A stretch of 64,000 nt of DNA from Eledone cirrhosa (taxonomy: Eukaryota): the NCBI GenBank assembly GCA_964016885.1, contig OZ024740.1, forward strand, positions 216,070,001 to 216,134,000. The letters run 5' to 3'. The notes under the pieces are model-generated. The model did not search any database, had not been told where the DNA came from, and worked only from the letters and a program-made list of their open reading frames with translations. This document shows, piece by piece, positions 14,101 through 29,100 of this stretch. The stretch's first letter is position 1; each line of letters opens with the position of its first letter. The translations under genes were made by a program, and so were the position numbers.

Positions 14101-17100
14101 TATACTCCACCTTACAACAGTGACCTAGCCAGAGGTACTGAAGTATACTCCACCTTACAACAGTGACCTAGCCAGATGTACTGAGGTATACTCCACCTTA
14201 CAACAGTGACCTAGCCAAAGGTACTGAGGTATACTCCACCTTACAACAGTGACCTAGCCAAAGGTACTGAGGTATACTCCACCTTACAACAGTGACCTAG
14301 CCAGAGGTACTGAGGTATACTCCACCTTACAACAGTGACCTAGCCAGAGGTACTGAAGTATACTCCACCTTACAACAGTGACCTAGCCAGATGTACTGAG
14401 GTATACTCCACCTTACAACAGTGACCTAGCCAAAGGTACTGAGGTATACTCCACCTTACAGCAGTGACATAGCCAGAGGTACTGAGGTATACTCCACCTT
14501 ACAACAGTGACCTAGCCAGAGGTACTGAAGTATACTCCACCTTACAACAGTGACCTAGCCAGATGTACTGAGGTATACTCCACCTTACAACAGTGACCTA
14601 GCCAAAGGTACTGAGGTATACTCCACCTTACAACAGTGAGCTAGCCAAAGGTACTGAGGTATACTCCACCTTACAACAGTGACATATCCAGAGGTACTGA
14701 GGTATACTCCACCTTACAACAGTGACCTAGCCAGAGGTACTGAAGTATACTCCACCTTACAACAGTGACCTAGCCAGATGTACTGAGGTATACTCCACCT
14801 TACAACAGTGACCTAGCCAAAGGTACTGAGGTATACTCCACCTTACAACAGTGACATAGCCAGAGGTACTGAGGTATACTCCACCTTACAGCAGTGACCT
14901 AGCCAGAGGTACTGAGGTATACTCCACCTTACAGCAGTTACCTAGCCAGATGTACTGAGGTATACTCCACCTTACAACAGTGACCTAGCCAGATGTACTG
15001 AGGTATACTCCACCTTACAGCAGTGACCTAGCCAGAGGTACTGAGGTATACTCCACCTTACAGCAGTGACCTAGCCAGAGGTACTGAGGTATACTCCACC
15101 TTACAGCAGTGACCTAGCCAGAGGTACTGAGGTATACTCCACCTTACAACAGTGACATAGCCAGAGGTACTGAGGTATACTCCACCTTACAGTAGTGACC
15201 TAGCCAGAGGTACTGAGGTATACTCCACCTTACAGCAGTGACCTAGCAAGATGTACTGAGGTATACTCCAACTTACAGCAGTGAAATAGCCAGAGGTACT
15301 GAGGTATACTCCACCTTACAGCAGTGACCTAGCCAGATGTACTGAGGTATACTCCACCTTACAGCAGTGACCTAGCCAGATGTACTGAGGTATACTCCAC
15401 CTTACAGCAGTGACCTAGCCAGATGTACTGAGGTATACTCCACCTTACAGCAGTGACCTAGCCAGATGTACTGAGGTATACTCCACCTTACAGCAGTGAC
15501 CTAGCCAGATGTACTGAGGTATACTCCACCTTACAGCAGTGACCTAGCCAGAGGTACTGAGGTATACTCCACCTTACAACAGTGACCTAGCCAGAGGTAC
15601 TGAGGTATACTCCACCTTACAACAGTGACCTAGCCAGAGGTACTGAGGTATACTCCACCTTACAACAGTGACATAGCCAGATGTACTGAGGTATACTCCA
15701 CCTTACAACAGTGACATAGCCAGATGTACTGAGGTATACTCCACCTTACAACAGTGACATAGCCAGAGGTACTGAGGTATACTCCACCTTACAGCAGTGA
15801 CCTAGCCAGAGGTACTGAAGTATACTCCACCTTACAGCAGTGACCTAGCCAGATGTACTGAGGTATACTCCACCTTACAACAGTGACCTAGCCAAAGGTA
15901 CTGAGGTATACTCCACCTTACAACAGTGACATAGCCAGAGGTACTGAGGTATACTCCACCTTACAGCAGTGACCTAGCCAGAGGTACTGAGGTATACTCC
16001 ACCTTACAGCAGTTACCTAGCCAGATGTACTGAGGTATACTCCACCTTACAACAGTGACCTAGCCAGATGTACTGAGGTATACTCCACCTTACAGCAGTG
16101 ACCTAGCCAGAGGTACTGAGGTATACTCCACCTTACAGCAGTGACCTAGCCAGAGGTACTGAGGTATACTCCACCTTACAGCAGTGACCTAGCCAGAGGT
16201 ACTGAGGTATACTCCACCTTACAACAGTGACATAGCCAGAGGTACTGAGGTATACTCCACCTTACAGTAGTGACCTAGCCAGAGGTACTGAGGTATACTC
16301 CACCTTACAGCAGTGACCTAGCAAGATGTACTGAGGTATACTCCACCTTACAGCAGTGACATAGCCAGAGGTACTGAGGTATACTCCACCTTACAGCAGT
16401 GACCTAGCCAGATGTACTGAGGTATACTCCACCTTACAGCAGTGACCTAGCCAGATGTACTGAGGTATACTCCACCTTACAGCAGTGACCTAGCCAGATG
16501 TACTGAGGTATACTCCACCTTACAGCAGTGACCTAGCCAGATGTACTGAGGTATACTCCACCTTACAGCAGTGACCTAGCCAGATGTACTGAGGTATACT
16601 CCACCTTACAGCAGTGACCTAGCCAGAGGTACTGAGGTATACTCCACCTTACAACAGTGACCTAGCCAGATCTACTGAGGTATACTCCACCTTTCAGCAG
16701 TGACCTAGCCAGAGGTACTGAGGTATACTGCACCTTTCAGCAGTGACCTAGCCAGATGTACTGAGGTATACTCCACCTTTCAACAGTGACCTAGCCAGAT
16801 GTACTGAGGTATACTCCACCTTACAGCAGTGACCTAGCCAGATGTACTGAGGTATACTCCACCTTACAACAGTGACCTAGCCAGATGTACTGAGGTATAC
16901 TCCACCTTACAACAGTGACCTAGCCAGATGTACTGAGGTATATTCCACCTTACAACAGTGACCTAGCCAGAGGTACTGAGGTATACTCCACCTTACAACA
17001 GTGACCTAGCCAGAGGTACTGAGGTATACTCCACCTTACAACAGTGACATAGCCAGATGTACTGAGGTATACTCCACCTTACAACAGTGACATAGCCAGA

Positions 17101-20100
17101 TGTACTGAGGTATACTCCACCTTACAACAGTGACATAGCCAGAGGTACTGAGGTATACTCCACCTTACAGCAGTGACCTAGCCAGAGGTACTGAGGTATA
17201 CTCCACCTTACAACAGTGACCTAGCCAGATGTACTGAGGTATACTCCACCTTACAACAGTGACATAGCCAGATGTACTGAGGTATACTCCACCTTACAGC
17301 AGTGACCTAGCCAGAGGTACTGAGGTATACTCCACCTTTCAGCAGTGACCTAGCCAGATGTACTGAGATATACTCCACCTTACAGCAGTGACCTAGCCAG
17401 ATGTACTGAGGTATACTTCACCTTACAACAGTGACCTAGCCAAAGGTACTGAGGTATACTCCACCTTACAACAGTGACCTAGCCAAAGGTACTGAGGTAT
17501 ACTCCACCTTACAACAGTGACCTAGCCAGAGGTACCGAAGTATACTCCACCTTACAACAGTGACATAGCCAGAGGTACTGAAGTATACTCCACCTTACAG
17601 CAGTGACATAGCCAGAGGTACTGAGGTATACTCCACCTTACAGCAGTGACATAGCCAAAGGTACTGAGGTATACTCCACCTTTCAGCAGTGACCTAGCGA
17701 GAGGTACTGAGGTATACTCCACCTTACAACAGTGACATAGCCAGAGGAACTGAGGTATACTCCACCTTACAACAGTGACCTAGCCAGAGGTACTGAAGTA
17801 TACTCCACCTTACAACAGTGACCTAGCCAGATGTACTGAGGTATACTCCACCTTACAACAGTGACCTAGTCAAAGGTACTGAGGTATACTCCACCTTACA
17901 ACAGTGACCTAGCCAGAGGTACTGAAGTATACTCCACCTTACAACAGTGACCTAGCCAGAGGTACTGAGGTATACTCCACCTTTCAACAGTGACCTAGCC
18001 AGAGGTACTGAGGTATACTCCACCTTACAACAGTGACCTAGCCAAAGGTACTGAGGTATACTCCACCTTACAACAGGGACCTAGCCAGAGGTACTGAGGT
18101 ATACTCCACCTTACAACAGTGACCTAGCCAGAGGTACTGAAGTATACTCCACCTTACAACAGTGACCTAGCCAGTTGTACTGAGGTATACTCCACCTTAC
18201 AACAGTGACCTAGCCAAAGGTACTGAGGTATACTCCACCTTACAACAGTGACCTAGCCAAAGGTACTGAGGTATACTCCACCTTACAACAGTGACATAGC
18301 CAGAGGTACTGAGGTATACTCCACCTTACAACAGTGACCTAGCCAGAGGTACTGAAGTATACTCCACCTTACAACAGTGACCTAGCCAGATGTACTGAGG
18401 TATACTCCACCTTACAACAGTGACCTAGCCAAAGGTACTGAGGTATACTCCACCTTACAACAGTGACCTAGCCAAAGGTACTGAGGTATACTCCACCTTA
18501 CAGCAGTGACATAGCCAGAGGTACTGAGGTATACTCCACCTTACAACAGTGACCTAGCCAGAGGTACTGAAGTATACTCCACCTTACAACAGTGACCTAG
18601 CCAGATGTACTGAGGTATACTCCACCTTACAACAGTGACCTAGCCAAAGGTACTGAGGTATACTCCACCTTACAACAGTGAGCTAGCCAAAGGTACTGAG
18701 GTATACTCCACCTTACAACAGTGACATAGCCAGAGGTACTGAGGTATACTCCACCTTACAACAGTGACCTAGCCAGAGGTACTGAAGTATACTCCACCTT
18801 ACAACAGTGACCTAGCCAGATGTACTGAGGTATACTCCACCTTACAACAGTGACCTAGCCAAAGGTACTGAGGTATACTCCACCTTACAAGAGTGACATA
18901 GCCAGAGGTACTGATGTATACTCCACCTTACAGCAGTGACCTAGCCAGAGGTACTGAGGTATACTCCACCTTACAGCAGTTACCTAGCCAGATGTACTGA
19001 GGTATACTCCACCTTACAACAGTGACCTAGCCAGATGTACTGAGGTATACTCCACCTTACAGCAGTGACCTAGCCAGAGGTACTGAGGTATACTCCACCT
19101 TACAGCAGTGACCTAGCCAGAGGTACTGAGGTATACTCCACCTTACAGCAGTGACCTAGCCAGAGGTACTGAGGTATACTCCACCTTACAACAGTGACAT
19201 AGCCAGAGGTACTGAGGTATACTCCACCTTACAGTAGTGACCTAGCCAGAGGTACTGAGGTATACTCCACCTTACAGCAGTGACCTAGCAAGATGTACTG
19301 AGGTATACTCCACCTTACAGCAGTGAAATAGCCAGAGGTACTGAGGTATACTCCACCTTACAGCAGTGACCTAGCCAGATGTACTGAGGTATACTCCACC
19401 TTACAGCAGTGACCTAGCCAGATGTACTGAGGTATACTCCACCTTACAGCAGTGACCTAGCCAGATGTACTGAGGTATACTCCACCTTACAGCAGTGACC
19501 TAGCCAGATGTACTGAGGTATACTCCACTTTACAGCAGTGACCTAGCCAGATGTACTGAGGTATACTCCACCTTACAGCAGTGACCTAGCCAGAGGTACT
19601 GAGGTATACTCCACCTTACAACAGTGACCTAGCCAGATCTACTGAGGTATACTCCACCTTTCAGCAGTGACCTAGCCAGAGGTACTGAGGTATACTCCAC
19701 CTTTCAGCAGTGACCTAGCCAGATGTACTGAGGTATACTCCACCTTTCAACAGTGACCTAGCCAGATGTACTGAGGTATACTCCACCTTACAGCAGTGAC
19801 CTAGCCAGATGTACTGAGGTATACTCCACCTTACAACAGTGACCTAGCCAGATGTACTGAGGTATACTCCACCTTACAACAGTGACCTAGCCAGATGTAC
19901 TGAGGTATACTCCACCTTACAACAGTGACCTAGCCAGAGGTACTGAGGTATACTCCACCTTACAACAGTGACCTAGCCAGAGGTACTGAGGTATACTCCA
20001 CCTTACAACAGTGACATAGCCAGATGTACTGAGGTATACTCCACCTTACAACAGTGACCTAGCCAGATGTACTGAGGTATACTCCACCTTACAACAGTGA

Positions 20101-23100
20101 CCTAGCCAGAGGTACTGAGGTATACTCCACCTTACAACAGTGACCTAGCCAGATGTACTGAGGTATACTCCACCTTACAGCAGTGACCTAGCCAGATGTA
20201 CTGAGGTATACTCCACCTTACAGCAGTGACATAGCCAGATGTACTGAGGTATACTCCACCTTACAACAGTGACATAGCCAGGGGTACTGAGGTATACTCC
20301 ACCTTACAGCAGTGACCTAGCCAGAGGTACTGAGGTATACTCCACCTTACAACAGTGACCTAGCCAGATGTACTGAGGTATACTCCACCTTACAACAGTG
20401 ACATAGCCAGATGTACTGAGGTATACTCCACCTTACAGCAGTGACCTAGCCAGAGGTACTGAGGTATACTCCACCTTTCAGCAGTGACCTAGCCAGATGT
20501 ACTGAGATATACTCCACCTTACAGCAGTGACCTAGCCAGATGTACTGAGGTATACTCCACCTTACAACAGTGACCTAGCCAAAGGTACTGAGGTATACTC
20601 CACCTTACAACAGTGACCTAGCCAAAGGTACTGAGGTATACTCCACCTTACAACAGTGACCTAGCCAGAGGTACTGAGGTATACTCCACATTACAACAGT
20701 GACCTAGCCAGAGGTACCGAAGTATACTCCACCTTACAACAGTGACATAGCCAGAGGTACTGAAGTATACTCCACCTTACAGCAGTGACATAGCCAGAGG
20801 TACTGAGGTATACTCCACCTTACAGCAGTGACATAGCCAAAGGTACTGAGGTATACTCCACCTTTCAGTAGTGACCTAGCCAGAGGTACTGAGGTATACT
20901 CCACCTTACAGCAGTGACATAGCCAGATGTACTGAGGTATACTCCACCTTACAGCAGTGACATAGCCAGAGGTACTGAGGTATACTCCACCTTACAGCAG
21001 TGACCTAGCCAGAGGTACTGAGGTATACTCCACCTTACAACAGTGACATAGCCAGAGGTACTGAGGTATACTCCACCTTACAGCAGTTACCTAGCCAGAG
21101 GTACTGAGGTATACTCCACCTTACAGCAGTGACCTAGCCAGAGGCACTGAGGTATACTCCACCTTTCAACAGTGACCTAGCCAGAGGTACTGAGGTATAC
21201 TCCACCTTACAACAGTGACCTAGCCAGATGTACTGAGGTATACTCCACCTTACAACAGTGACCTAGCCAGATGTACTGAGGTATACTCCACCTTACAGTA
21301 GTGACCTAGCCAGAGGTACTGAGGTATACTCCACCTTACAACAGTGACCTAGCCAGAGGTACTGAGGTATACTCCACCTTACAGCAGTGACCTAGCCAGA
21401 GGTACTGAGGTATACTCCACCTTACAACAGTGACATAGCCAGAGGTACTGAGGTATACTCCACCTTACAACAGTGACCTAGCCAGAGGTACTGAGGTATA
21501 CTCCACCTTACAGCAGTGACATAGCCAGAGGTACTGAGGTATACTCCACCTTACAGCAGTGACCTAGCCAGAGGTACTGAGGTATACTCCACCTTACAGC
21601 AGTGACCTAGCCAGAGGTACTGAGGTATACTCCACCTTACAGCAGTGACATAGCCAGATGTACTGAGGTATACTCCACCTGTCAGTAGTGACATAGCCAG
21701 AGGTACTGAGGTATATGCCACCTTACAACAGTGACCTAGCCAGAGGTACTGAGGTATACTCCACCTTACAGCAGTGACATAGCCAGAGGTACTGAGGTAT
21801 ACTCCACCTTACAGCAGTGACATAGCCAGAGGTACTGATGTATATGCCACTTCACAACAGTGACATAGCCAGAGGTACTGAGGTATACTCCACCTTTCAG
21901 CAGTGACATAGCCAGAGGTACTGAGGTATACTCCACCTTACAGCAGTGACATAGCCAAAGGTACTGAGGTATACTCCACCTTACAACAGTGACCTAGCCA
22001 GAGGTACTGAGGTATATGCCACCTTACAACAGTGACATAGCCAGAGGTAGTGAGGTATACTCCACCTTACAGCAGTGACATAGCCAAAGGTACTGAGGTA
22101 TACTCCACCTTACAGTAGTGACCTAGCCAGATGTACTGAGGTATACTCCACCTTACAACAGTGACATAGCCAGAGGTACTGAGGTATACTCCACCTTACA
22201 GCAGTGACCTAGCCAGAGGTACTGAAGTATACTCCACCTTACAACAGTGACATAGCCAGAGGTACTGAGGTATACTCCACCTTACAGCAGTTACCTAGCC
22301 AGAGGTACTGAGGTATACTCCACCTTACAGCAGTGACCTAGCCAGAGGCACTGAGGTATACTCCACCTTTCAACAGTGACCTAGCCAGAGGTACTGAGGT
22401 ATACTCCACCTTACAACAGTGACCTAGCCAGATGTACTGAGGTATACTCCACCTTACAACAGTGACCTAGCCAGATGTACTGAGGTATACTCCACCTTAC
22501 AACAGTGACCTAGCCAGATGTACTGAGGTATACTCCACCTTACAGTAGTGACCTAGCCAGAGGTACTGAGGTATACTCCACCTTACAACAGTGACCTAGC
22601 CAGAGGTACTGAGGTATACTCCACCTTACAGCAGTGACCTAGCCAGAGGTACTGAGGTATACTCCACCTTACAGTAGTGACCTAGCCAGAGGTACTGAGG
22701 TATACTCCACCTTACAACAGTGACATAGCCAGAGGTACTGAGGTATACTCCACCTTACAACAGTGACCTAGCCAGAGGTACTGAGGTATACTCCACCTTA
22801 CAGCAGTGACATAGCCAGAGGTACTGAGGTATACTCCACCTTACAGCAGTGACCTAGCCAGAGGTACTGAGGTATACTCCACCTTACAACAGTGACATAG
22901 CCAGATGTACTGAAGTATACTCCACCTTACAACAGTGACATAGCCAGATGTACTGAGGTATACTCCACCTTACAACAGTGACATAGCCAAAGGTACTGAG
23001 GTATACTCCACCTTACAACAGTGACATAGCCAGAGGTACTGAGGTATACTCCACCTTACAACAGTGACATAGCCAGATGTACTGAAGTATACTCCACCTT

Positions 23101-26100
23101 ACAACAGTGACATAGCCAGATGTACTGAGGTATACTCCACCTTACAGCAGTGACCTAGCCAAAGGTACTGAGGTATACTCCACCTTACAACAGTGACATA
23201 GCCAGAGGTACTGAGGTATACTCCACCTTACAGCAGTGACCTAGCCAGAGGTACTGAGGTATACTCCACCTTACAACAGTGACATAGCCAGAGGTACTGA
23301 GGTATACTCCACCTTACAGCAGTTACCTAGCCAGAGGTACTGAGGTATACTCCACCTTACAGCAGTGACCTAGCCAGAGGCACTGAGGTATACTCCACCT
23401 TTCAACAGTGACCTAGCCAGAGGTACTGAGGTATACTCCACCTTACAACAGTGACCTAGCCAGATGTACTGAGGTATACTCCACCTTACAACAGTGACCT
23501 AGCCAGATGTACTGAGGTATACTCCACCTTACAGTAGTGACCTAGCCAGAGGTACTGAGGTATACTCCACCTTACAACAGTGACCTAGCCAGAGGTACTG
23601 AGGTATACTCCACCTTACAGCAGTGACCTAGCCAGAGGTACTGAGGTATACTCCACCTTACAACAGTGACATAGCCAGAGGTACTGAGGTATACTCCACC
23701 TTACAACAGTGACCTAGCCAGAGGTACTGAGGTATACTCCACCTTACAGCAGTGACATAGCCAGAGGTACTGAGGTATACTCCACCTTACAGCAGTGACC
23801 TAGCCAGAGGTACTGAGGTATACTCCACCTTACAGCAGTGACCTAGCCAGAGGTACTGAGGTATACTCCACCTTACAGCAGTGACATAGCCAGATGTACT
23901 GAGGTATACTCCACCTGTCAGTAGTGACATAGCCAGAGGTACTGAGGTATACTCCACCTTACAACAGTGACATAGCCAGAGGTACTGAGGTATACTCCAC
24001 CTTACAACAGTGACCTAGCCAGATGTACTGAGGTATACTCCACCTTACAACAGTGACCTAGCCAGAGGTACTGAGGTATACTCCACCTTACAACAGTGAC
24101 CTAGCCAGAGGTACTGAGGTATACTCCACCTTACAGCAGTTACCTAGCCAGAGGTACTGAGGTATACTCCACCTTACAGCAGTGACCTAGCCAGAGGCAC
24201 TGAGGTATACTCCACCTTTCAACAGTGACCTAGCCAGAGGTACTGAGGTATACTCCACCTTACAACAGTGACATCGCCAGAGGTACTGAGGTATACTCCA
24301 CCTTACAACAGTGACCTAGCCAGAGGTACTGAGGTATACTCCACCTTACAGCAGTGACATAGCCAGAGGTACTGAGGTATACTCCACCTTACAGCAGTGA
24401 CATAGCCAGAGGTACTGATGTATATGCCACCTCACAACAGTGACATAGCCAGAGGTACTGAGGTATACTCCACCTTTCAGCAGTGACATAGCCAGAGGTA
24501 CTGAGGTATACTCCACCTTACAGCAGTGACATAGCCAAAGGTACTGAGGTATACTCCACCTTACAACAGTGACCTAGCCAGAGGTACTGAGGTATATGCC
24601 ACCTTACAACAGTGACATAGCCAGAGGTACTGAGGTATACTCCACCTTACAGCAGTGACCTAGCCAGAGGTACTGAGGTATACTCCACCTTACAGCAGTG
24701 ACATAGCCAAAGGTACTGAGGTATACTCCACCTTACAGTAGTGACCTAGCCAGATGTACTGAGGTATACTCCACCTTACAACAGTGACATAGCCAGAGGT
24801 ACTGAGGTATACTCCACCTTACAGCAGTGACCTAGCCAGAGGTACTGAAGTATACTCCACCTTACAACAGTGACATAGCCAGAGGTACTGAGGTATACTC
24901 CACCTTACAGCAGTTACCTAGCCAGAGGTACTGAGGTATACTCCACCTTACAGCAGTGACCTAGCCAGAGGCACTGAGGTATACTCCACCTTTCAACAGT
25001 GACCTAGCCAGAGGTACTGAGGTATACTCCACCTTACAACAGTGACCTAGCCAGATGTACTGAGGTATACTCCACCTTACAACAGTGACCTAGCCAAAGG
25101 TACTGAGGTATACTCCACCTTACAACAGTGACATAGCCAGAGGTACTGAGGTATACTCCACCTTACAACAGTGACCTAGCCAGAGGTACTGAGGTATACT
25201 CCACCTTACAGTAGTGACCTAGCCAGAGGTACTGAGGTATACTCCACCTTACAACAGTGACCTAGCCAGAGGTACTGAGGTATACTCCACCTTACAGCAG
25301 TGACCTAGCCAGAGGTACTGAGGTATACTCCACCTTACAACAGTGACATAGCCAGAGGTAGTGAGGTATACTCCACCTTACAGCAGTGACATAGCCAAAG
25401 GTACTGAGGTATACTCCACCTTACAGTAGTGACCTAGCCAGATGTACTGAGGTATACTCCACCTTACAACAGTGACATAGCCAGAGGTACTGAGGTATAC
25501 TCCACCTTACAGCAGTGACCTAGCCAGAGGTACTGAAGTATACTCCACCTTACAACAGTGACATAGCCAGAGGTACTGAGGTATACTCCACCTTACAGCA
25601 GTTACCTAGCCAGAGGTACTGAGGTATACTCCACCTTACAGCAGTGACCTAGCCAGAGGCACTGAGGTATACTCCACCTTTCAACAGTGACCTAGCCAGA
25701 GGTACTGAGGTATACTCCACCTTACAACAGTGACCTAGCCAGATGTACTGAGGTATACTCCACCTTACAACAGTGACCTAGCCAGATGTACTGAGGTATA
25801 CTCCACCTTACAACAGTGACCTAGCCAGATGTACTGAGGTATACTCCACCTTACAGTAGTGACCTAGCCAGAGGTACTGAGGTATACTCCACCTTACAAC
25901 AGTGACCTAGCCAGAGGTACTGAGGTATACTCCACCTTACAGCAGTGACCTAGCCAGAGGTACTGAGGTATACTCCACCTTACAGTAGTGACCTAGCCAG
26001 AGGTACTGAGGTATACTCCACCTTACAACAGTGACATAGCCAGAGGTACTGAGGTATACTCCACCTTACAACAGTGACCTAGCCAGAGGTACTGAGGTAT

Positions 26101-29100
26101 ACTCCACCTTACAGCAGTGACATAGCCAGAGGTACTGAGGTATACTCCACCTTACAGCAGTGACCTAGCCAGAGGTACTGAGGTATACTCCACCTTACAA
26201 CAGTGACATAGCCAGATGTACTGAAGTATACTCCACCTTACAACAGTGACATAGCCAGATGTACTGAGGTATACTCCACCTTACAACAGTGACATAGCCA
26301 AAGGTACTGAGGTATACTCCACCTTACAACAGTGACATAGCCAGAGGTACTGAGGTATACTCCACCTTACAACAGTGACATAGCCAGATGTACTGAAGTA
26401 TACTCCACCTTACAACAGTGACATAGCCAGATGTACTGAGGTATACTCCACCTTACAGCAGTGACCTAGCCAAAGGTACTGAGGTATACTCCACCTTACA
26501 ACAGTGACATAGCCAGAGGTACTGAGGTATACTCCACCTTACAGCAGTGACCTAGCCAGAGGTACTGAGGTATACTCCACCTTACAACAGTGACATAGCC
26601 AGAGGTACTGAGGTATACTCCACCTTACAGCAGTTACCTAGCCAGAGGTACTGAGGTATACTCCACCTTACAGCAGTGACCTAGCCAGAGGCACTGAGGT
26701 ATACTCCACCTTTCAACAGTGACCTAGCCAGAGGTACTGAGGTATACTCCACCTTACAACAGTGACCTAGCCAGATGTACTGAGGTATACTCCACCTTAC
26801 AACAGTGACCTAGCCAGATGTACTGAGGTATACTCCACCTTACAGTAGTGACCTAGCCAGAGGTACTGAGGTATACTCCACCTTACAACAGTGACCTAGC
26901 CAGAGGTACTGAGGTATACTCCACCTTACAGCAGTGACCTAGCCAGAGGTACTGAGGTATACTCCACCTTACAACAGTGACATAGCCAGAGGTACTGAGG
27001 TATACTCCACCTTACAACAGTGACCTAGCCAGAGGTACTGAGGTATACTCCACCTTACAGCAGTGACATAGCCAGAGGTACTGAGGTATACTCCACCTTA
27101 CAGCAGTGACCTAGCCAGAGGTACTGAGGTATACTCCACCTTACAGCAGTGACCTAGCCAGAGGTACTGAGGTATACTCCACCTTACAGCAGTGACATAG
27201 CCAGATGTACTGAGGTATACTCCACCTGTCAGTAGTGACATAGCCAGAGGTACTGAGGTATACTCCACCTTACAACAGTGACATAGCCAGAGGTACTGAG
27301 GTATACTCCACCTTACAACAGTGACCTAGCCAGATGTACTGAGGTATACTCCACCTTACAACAGTGACCTAGCCAGAGGTACTGAGGTATACTCCACCTT
27401 ACAACAGTGACCTAGCCAGAGGTACTGAGGTATACTCCACCTTACAGCAGTTACCTAGCCAGAGGTACTGAGGTATACTCCACCTTACAGCAGTGACCTA
27501 GCCAGAGGCACTGAGGTATACTCCACCTTTCAACAGTGACCTAGCCAGAGGTACTGAGGTATACTCCACCTTACAACAGTGACATAGCCAGAGGTACTGA
27601 GGTATACTCCACCTTACAACAGTGACATAGCCAGAGGTACTGAGGTATACTCCACCTTACAACAGTGACCTAGCCAGAGGTACTGAGGTATACTCCACCT
27701 TACAACAGTGACATAGCCAGAGGTACTGAGGTATACTCCACCTTACAACAGTGACCTAGCCAGAGGTACTGAGGTATACTCCACCTTACAGCAGTGACAT
27801 AGCCAGAGGTACTGAGGTATACTCCACCTTACAGCAGTGACATAGCCAGAGGTACTGATGTATATGCCACCTCACAACAGTGACATAGCCAGAGGTACTG
27901 AGGTATACTCCACCTTTCAGCAGTGACATAGCCAGAGGTACTGAGGTATACTCCACCTTACAGCAGTGACATAGCCAAAGGTACTGAGGTATACTCCACC
28001 TTACAACAGTGACCTAGCCAGAGGTACTGAGGTATATGCCACCTTACAACAGTGACATAGCCAGAGGTACTGAGGTATACTCCACCTTACAGCAGTGACC
28101 TAGCCAGAGGTACTGAGGTATACTCCACCTTACAGCAGTGACATAGCCAAAGGTACTGAGGTATACTCCACCTTACAGTAGTGACCTAGCCAGATGTACT
28201 GAGGTATACTCCACCTTACAACAGTGACATAGCCAGAGGTACTGAGGTATACTCCACCTTACAGCAGTGACCTAGCCAGAGGTACTGAAGTATACTCCAC
28301 CTTACAACAGTGACATAGCCAGAGGTACTGAGGTATACTCCACCTTACAGCAGTTACCTAGCCAGAGGTACTGAGGTATACTCCACCTTACAGCAGTGAC
28401 CTAGCCAGAGGCACTGAGGTATACTCCACCTTTCAACAGTGACCTAGCCAGAGGTACTGAGGTATACTCCACCTTACAACAGTGACCTAGCCAGATGTAC
28501 TGAGGTATACTCCACCTTACAACAGTGACCTAGCCAAAGGTACTGAGGTATACTCCACCTTACAACAGTGACATAGCCAGAGGTACTGAGGTATACTCCA
28601 CCTTACAACAGTGACCTAGCCAGAGGTACTGAGGTATACTCCACCTTACAGTAGTGACCTAGCCAGAGGTACTGAGGTATACTCCACCTTACAACAGTGA
28701 CCTAGCCAGAGGTACTGAGGTATACTCCACCTTACAGCAGTGACCTAGCCAGAGGTACTGAGGTATACTCCACCTTACAACAGTGACCTAGCCAGAGGTA
28801 CTGAGGTATACTCCACCTTACAGTAGTGACCTAGCCAGAGGTACTGAGGTATACTCCACCTTACAACAGTGACCTAGCCAGAGGTACTGAGGTATACTCC
28901 ACCTTACAGCAGTGACCTAGCCAGAGGTACTGAGGTATACTCCACCTTACAGTAGTGACCTAGCCAGAGGTACTGAGGTATACTCCACCTTACAACAGTG
29001 ACATAGCCAGAGGTACTGAGGTATACTCCACCTTACAACAGTGACCTAGCCAGAGGTACTGAGGTATACTCCACCTTACAGCAGTGACATAGCCAGAGGT

